Assembly (NCBI GenBank): GCA_039591655.1
Contig: JBDHDE010000050.1
Span: 1 to 20,270 of the forward strand
Source: Gemmatimonadota bacterium
Lineage (GTDB): Bacteria; Gemmatimonadota; Gemmatimonadetes; Gemmatimonadales; GWC2-71-9
Direction of reading: 5' to 3'
DNA length: 20,270 nt
Numbering within the stretch: the stretch's first letter is position 1; every line of letters begins with the position of its first letter. Positions 16,877-20,270 of the stretch are shown one piece after another. Position numbers and translations under genes: made by a program. The notes beneath the pieces are model-generated. The model made no database searches. It was not told the DNA's origin and saw only the letters and a program-made list of their open reading frames with translations.

Positions 16877-16939
16877 AGCGGTCCCAGAGGAGACATCGGT
16901 TCCAGAGGAGGAATCGGCGCCAGGAGAGACATCGGCCCC
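16877..16939 (+). repeat. 18-bp tandem repeat, about 3.5 copies
   Basis: AGCGGTCCCAGAGGAGAC / ATCGGTTCCAGAGGAGGA / ATCGGCGCCAGGAGAGAC / ATCGGCCCC starting at 16877, 16895, 16913 and 16931. Confidence 0.75.
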
Positions 16940-17031
16940 TCACCGGAGCGGGTGCACCCCTTCTGGGGGAAGGTGATCCGAGTCCCTGGTGCTTGTCTGT
17001 TGACTCCGGCGGCGCGAAGTTTCAGTCCATC

Positions 17032-17104
<73 letters not shown>

Positions 17105-17143
17105 TCGTGGTCGTGGATTGCTCGCGACCGCCGAGCACCGCTC

Positions 17144-18322
17144 CTACCCGGGCGGCGACGGTGGATGCCTTCTCGCCCCGCTCGCATCTGCAGATTCCTC
17201 GCGAACCCTCGCCGCCACAGGAGCATGTGCCCCGCGCCCCACCGGCCCAAGGGATCGCTGTCGGATCAGCCGCGGCACCTGGGTGACGAAGTGAGCCGTT
17301 CGCAGGAAGCACTCGCCCAGCTGAAAGGGTAACCTGGGAAACTCGTTGAATGGCGCTCCCACGCCGACTGTGGCTTGAATGGCGTTCGGCCACCGCAGCC
17401 GGAGCGCCTTCAGTATGCTCCTCGGACGACGCAGCGAGGCCGCCATCGTCGCACTGGTCATGTAATGTTCCCTTGCCCCCCACTGCTTCACGACTGCGGG
17501 CACCAGCCAGCTAGGCAGGCTCCTGGCGCTCTCGACTGCGGAGGTTCCGTCCAGCCTCGCGTCCAGGAGTTCATGGGCAAGCATGAGGGCACAGATGATC
17601 CAACCCGACTGGCGTCGCTCGCCCCTCAGTAGGTACTCCCAATCGAAGTCTTGGGGCGCGGCTTGCAGCGCCGCCGCGACGTCGCACAGCCATAGGGCAC
17701 GGTACGCGCCGTGGCGCAGCAGATGGAGGCAGATGTACCGCAGGTTGTCCTCGGAGCCCAGGATCCGCACCTCCAGGTCGGCGAGGGGGAACAGCCGCGA
17801 GCGATCGTAGACTTCGTCTAGGGAGGGGCGATGAAGCTCCGGCAGGCCTTTGTGCAGGTCGACAACGCCGGTCTCGGCAGCTCGGCCGGCGAGCGCAGCG
17901 ACTGCAGCTTCGTACTGCTCCGGCCGGACACACAGGTCGATGTCTCCGTAGGGTCGCAGCCCGGGCTCCGGGTAGAGTCGAGCCGCCGCCCAGCCCTTGA
18001 GCAACAGGGGGTCGACCCCGAACGAACGCAGAGCGGATACGACCTGCGTGATGTGACGTTCGTGGATGGCCGCCTGAAGAGTGTCGTAGCGATAGGTGTC
18101 ACGTAGCGGGCGCGCGCCCGCAGCGTCCTTCAGGTCGGAGTTGCGGATGCGCCACCACGCCAATGCTCCGGTGCCTGCTCTGAGGAGCAATGGGGTGATA
18201 GCGGCGATGTCGGTGGGAGAAAGAGCCAGTGCCGGGGGTGGGGAGCGCCACGCGCCGGCGAGCGCTACCGCCACCATCCGGCCGTTTTCCTTCGCATCTC
18301 TGCCCCGAGCGGTGGGGCGCAC
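17144..18322 (-). CDS. Uncharacterised nucleotidyltransferase family protein (NTP_transf_5-like)
   Basis: PLLLKGWAAARLYPEPGLRPYGDIDLCV (KG...R..GDxD), VDLH, YICLHLLRHG, LWLCDVA, FDWEYL; AAGGAG SD 8 nt before GTG. The last ~40 aa are low-complexity. Confidence 0.85.
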   Translation of the reverse strand: MRPTARGRDAKENGRMVAVALAGAWRSPPPALALSPTDIAAITPLLLRAGTGALAWWRIRNSDLKDAAGARPLRDTYRYDTLQAAIHERHITQVVSALRSFGVDPLLLKGWAAARLYPEPGLRPYGDIDLCVRPEQYEAAVAALAGRAAETGVVDLHKGLPELHRPSLDEVYDRSRLFPLADLEVRILGSEDNLRYICLHLLRHGAYRALWLCDVAAALQAAPQDFDWEYLLRGERRQSGWIICALMLAHELLDARLDGTSAVESARSLPSWLVPAVVKQWGAREHYMTSATMAASLRRPRSILKALRLRWPNAIQATVGVGAPFNEFPRLPFQLGECFLRTAHFVTQVPRLIRQRSLGPVGRGAHAPVAARVREESADASGARRHPPSPPG

Positions 18323-18379
18323 GGAGTGATCTCCTTGAGGCGACTTCGTGGTGCGGGCGACCGATCCCAGAGGGCGTCC

Positions 18380-18904
18380 CTACACGCACCTGCACTTGCC
18401 CGGCTGCGGGACGTTCGCAGTACAAGTCTTGCCGGCCTGATCGGAGCACGGAAGCCCGACCCCGATGCACTGCCTGCACTGCGCGGAGGTCGTCGTGGAG
18501 GCTTGCACCGCCGCCAGGGGTGATTTCAGCGACGTGATCACAGGCAACAGCATACCCAGCCCGCCCACAACCGCTAGCTTCCGCACCAGCGCCCGCCGCG
18601 AGGTCGAGACGCCGTCTCCGAGGCCGTGCGTCCCGTCCGCCAGCAGCCTGGCCCTGTGCAGCCGGTCCAGGGCGAACTCCACGATCTGCTCGTCCCTCGG
18701 AAGTCCCAACTTCTCCTCGAGCAACCTTGCCACTTGGGCGGTCGTGGTTCTCCCGTCGCAGTGCTGCCAGACCAGGGACGAGGTGCAATTCAGACAGTGA
18801 GCCCTATGGCGCTTGAGATCGTAGACCAGCGTCTCGTCGGGCAGTTGTTCGACGACCAGCTCCTCTGTCCTGGCAGGGGGCATTAGCGTGCTTGCAGGAT
18901 TCAT
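18380..18904 (-). CDS. PqqD/RiPP-recognition-element domain fused to a twin-arginine-like segment and a Cys-rich C-terminal peptide
   Basis: aa ~9-90: ELVVEQLPDETLVYDLKRHRAHCLNCTSSLVWQHCDGRTTTAQVARLL...ALDRLHRARLL (PqqD pattern LN..W..CDG). aa 102-135: SRRALVRKLAVVGGLGMLLPVITSLKSPLAAVQA. aa 136-174 contain six Cys. Confidence 0.85.
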   Translation of the reverse strand: MNPASTLMPPARTEELVVEQLPDETLVYDLKRHRAHCLNCTSSLVWQHCDGRTTTAQVARLLEEKLGLPRDEQIVEFALDRLHRARLLADGTHGLGDGVSTSRRALVRKLAVVGGLGMLLPVITSLKSPLAAVQASTTTSAQCRQCIGVGLPCSDQAGKTCTANVPQPGKCRCV

Positions 18905-18945
18905 GAGCCACCTTCTCTCGTGAGCGCCTTCGGGGGCATGAGCCG

Positions 18946-19827
18946 TTATACTGCCGAAGTCGCAACTCGTCGGCCGCTGTCGGCCGTCGAGATCGACGGC
19001 GTGCCGTCGGCCGCGGCGCTCAGCAGCGCGTCCGCAATCTCCTCGGCCTCGCCCCGCATTCCTTTGATCACCTTAGCGTTGGCTATGGCCAATCGCAATG
19101 TCGCGAGGGCCCGTTCCGGTTGCCACCGCGCGGACACCGTATGGGCGAGCAGCTCCATGACTGCCCGACCTGCTGAGAGCCGGCGGGGTCGCCATCGCGC
19201 ACCGGACCGGTGGCTCGTTACGACGACCAGCCCGATCGGGAGCGGTCTCACACCGAGCTCCCAGCCAAGGGTCTCCGGATGGACCTTCTCGAAGTGTCCT
19301 CCCGCCGCATCCCGCAGGGACATCTTCGTGACGTACGGATGGACCCGCCCCCGGGAATCGAGCACGGCATACTCGTCCGACTGGAATGTCGCGCCGGCTT
19401 CGACCAGCGCCCGGACCAGGGTGGTCTTCCCGCTGAGAGAACGCCCCGGGATGACGATCGCCCGGCCGCGCCATCCCACCACCCCTGCGTGTACGAACAC
19501 CCGCCGGCGGGCGAACTCGGCCACGTAGAGTTGGAGATCCATCTCGAGAGCAATCCGGACTCGCTCCCAATCCGTCGTCTGTACGAGTCTCACCTCGTCT
19601 ACATAGAGCATGTTGAAGCGCCGTATCCGGGGGCCCCGCTTGGCACCACCGGCGATGACGGAGTACAGCCGCTGCACCCGCGGCCCGCGAGTCGGCTTCG
19701 CACCCGGCGGCAGCAGCTCGAGAAGCTGATCCAACACCTTCGGAGTGTTGGCTCGAACCCCAATGCGTAACCCGTGGCACACGAAGCAGACCGCGGCCGT
19801 CCACCCGAGACGGTCGAGCTTGTCCAT
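18946..19827 (-). CDS. HPr kinase/phosphorylase-like P-loop kinase
   Basis: FVHAGVVGWRGRAIVIPGRSLSGKTTLVRALVEAGATFQSDEYAVLD: His-Ala motif, Walker A and acidic SDE pair in the HprK C-terminal-domain arrangement; lacks the N-terminal domain of true HprK. Confidence 0.85.
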   Translation of the reverse strand: MDKLDRLGWTAAVCFVCHGLRIGVRANTPKVLDQLLELLPPGAKPTRGPRVQRLYSVIAGGAKRGPRIRRFNMLYVDEVRLVQTTDWERVRIALEMDLQLYVAEFARRRVFVHAGVVGWRGRAIVIPGRSLSGKTTLVRALVEAGATFQSDEYAVLDSRGRVHPYVTKMSLRDAAGGHFEKVHPETLGWELGVRPLPIGLVVVTSHRSGARWRPRRLSAGRAVMELLAHTVSARWQPERALATLRLAIANAKVIKGMRGEAEEIADALLSAAADGTPSISTADSGRRVATSAV

Positions 19828-19920
19828 TCAGGTGGAGCCTGACACCAGGGTCAACTCGTCCGGGTTTACCCGGGATACCAGGGCTTGGCGTTGCCGGGCG
19901 GCGTCGGCGGACCGACTCAT
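19828..19920 (-). CDS. Candidate 30-aa small ORF (MSRSADAARQRQALVSRVNPDELTLVSGST) abutting the kinase start
   Basis: Translated by hand, below the ORF-track cutoff: ATG at 19920 with GGGAG 9 nt upstream; its TGA directly precedes the kinase ATG in the same frame (TGA-ATG). Confidence 0.4.
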   Translation of the reverse strand: MSRSADAARQRQALVSRVNPDELTLVSGST

Positions 19921-19986
19921 GGGGATTCGCTCCCGCGCGCCGATGTCGAGGGAGCCGCAACTCTGCGTGGGGCCGTCATGTCATTA

Positions 19987-20014
19987 ATGTTACACAGCAC
20001 GGCGATTCGCCCAA
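19987..20014 (-). promoter_or_regulatory. Putative promoter of the kinase-RRE-nucleotidyltransferase cassette
   Basis: Minus strand TTGGGC (20014-20009), 16 nt, TAACAT (19992-19987), within an AT-rich patch 66 nt upstream of the small-ORF ATG. Confidence 0.35.
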
Positions 20015-20270
20015 TAGTCTGCGCGCGCCGGTTTGAGTTCACTGATCCTGCGACACCTCGGTCGAACCCGCGCTCAGGCAGAATCTGGGTTGTTTCGTGG
20101 GGTTCGGTCTGTGACTCGGGACACGCGAACCACCGGATTCCGGCTCCCGCGACTACTGTAACCATTTGTGACAGATGGGATTAGCACGGCGTTTGCGGTT
20201 CGGCAGACCTCATACCGATCCCCGCCGCTAGTTGTCCACTGCATCCGCCGGCGCAACCGGAAACATTCCA

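Noticed and set aside
16497..16939. CRISPR array
   Set aside because: Units are short, degenerate and 18-24 bp apart, with no unique ~30-bp spacers and no cas genes.
15822..16943. 373-aa ORF with acidic EEEARDQ repeats, and the Phe-rich antisense ORF 16035..16508
   Set aside because: Alternate-frame and antisense readings of the Lys-repeat gene; only the 15881..16432 frame yields a SWIB domain with an SD.
16993..17022. tRNA promoter (TTGTCT or TTGACT as -35)
   Set aside because: No convincing -10 at proper spacing (best is AAGTTT); too weak to call.
18946..19827. Calling the kinase hprK or the cassette a lasso-peptide or PQQ cluster
   Set aside because: No HprK N-terminal domain or PTS context; no lasso cyclase, B2 peptidase or lasso-type precursor, and no pqqABCE in the window.
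20060..20106. att-site remnants of the tRNA T-arm (GGTCGAACCC inverted; TCGTGGGGTTCG direct with an indel)
   Set aside because: Only 10-12 bp, wrong orientation or imperfect, and missing the acceptor-stem 3' end; compatible with chance.

Overview
High-GC bacterial chromosomal window; gene content and order suggest a Gemmatimonadota-like organism (inference only). Positions 1-15533 are mostly housekeeping: a thiD + cN-II-type HAD nucleotidase operon (-), a TrmH-family methyltransferase, prepilin peptidase, an ECF sigma / zinc anti-sigma / 2x DUF4097 module, a zincin-motif lipoprotein, a DUF445 protein, a DAACS symporter and the conserved ffh-rpsP-rimM-trmD-rplS-rnhB block. The right-hand 4.7 kb is the unusual part. 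First, a SWIB-domain protein carries a 102-residue tail that is about 73% Lys/Arg. It is transcribed divergently from tRNA-Lys(UUU) across a 600-bp spacer holding a degenerate motif array phased at about 11 bp. Second, a compact minus-strand cassette abuts the tRNA 3' end: a 30-aa small ORF not in the ORF track, an HPr-kinase-like kinase, a PqqD/RRE domain fused to a twin-arginine-like signal and a 6-Cys core peptide, and an NTP_transf_5-type nucleotidyltransferase. The cassette has the tailoring enzymes of phospho-lasso-peptide clusters but no lasso cyclase or peptidase in view, so it is the best candidate for an undescribed RiPP-like system. All family calls come from motif recognition by eye; no searches were run.
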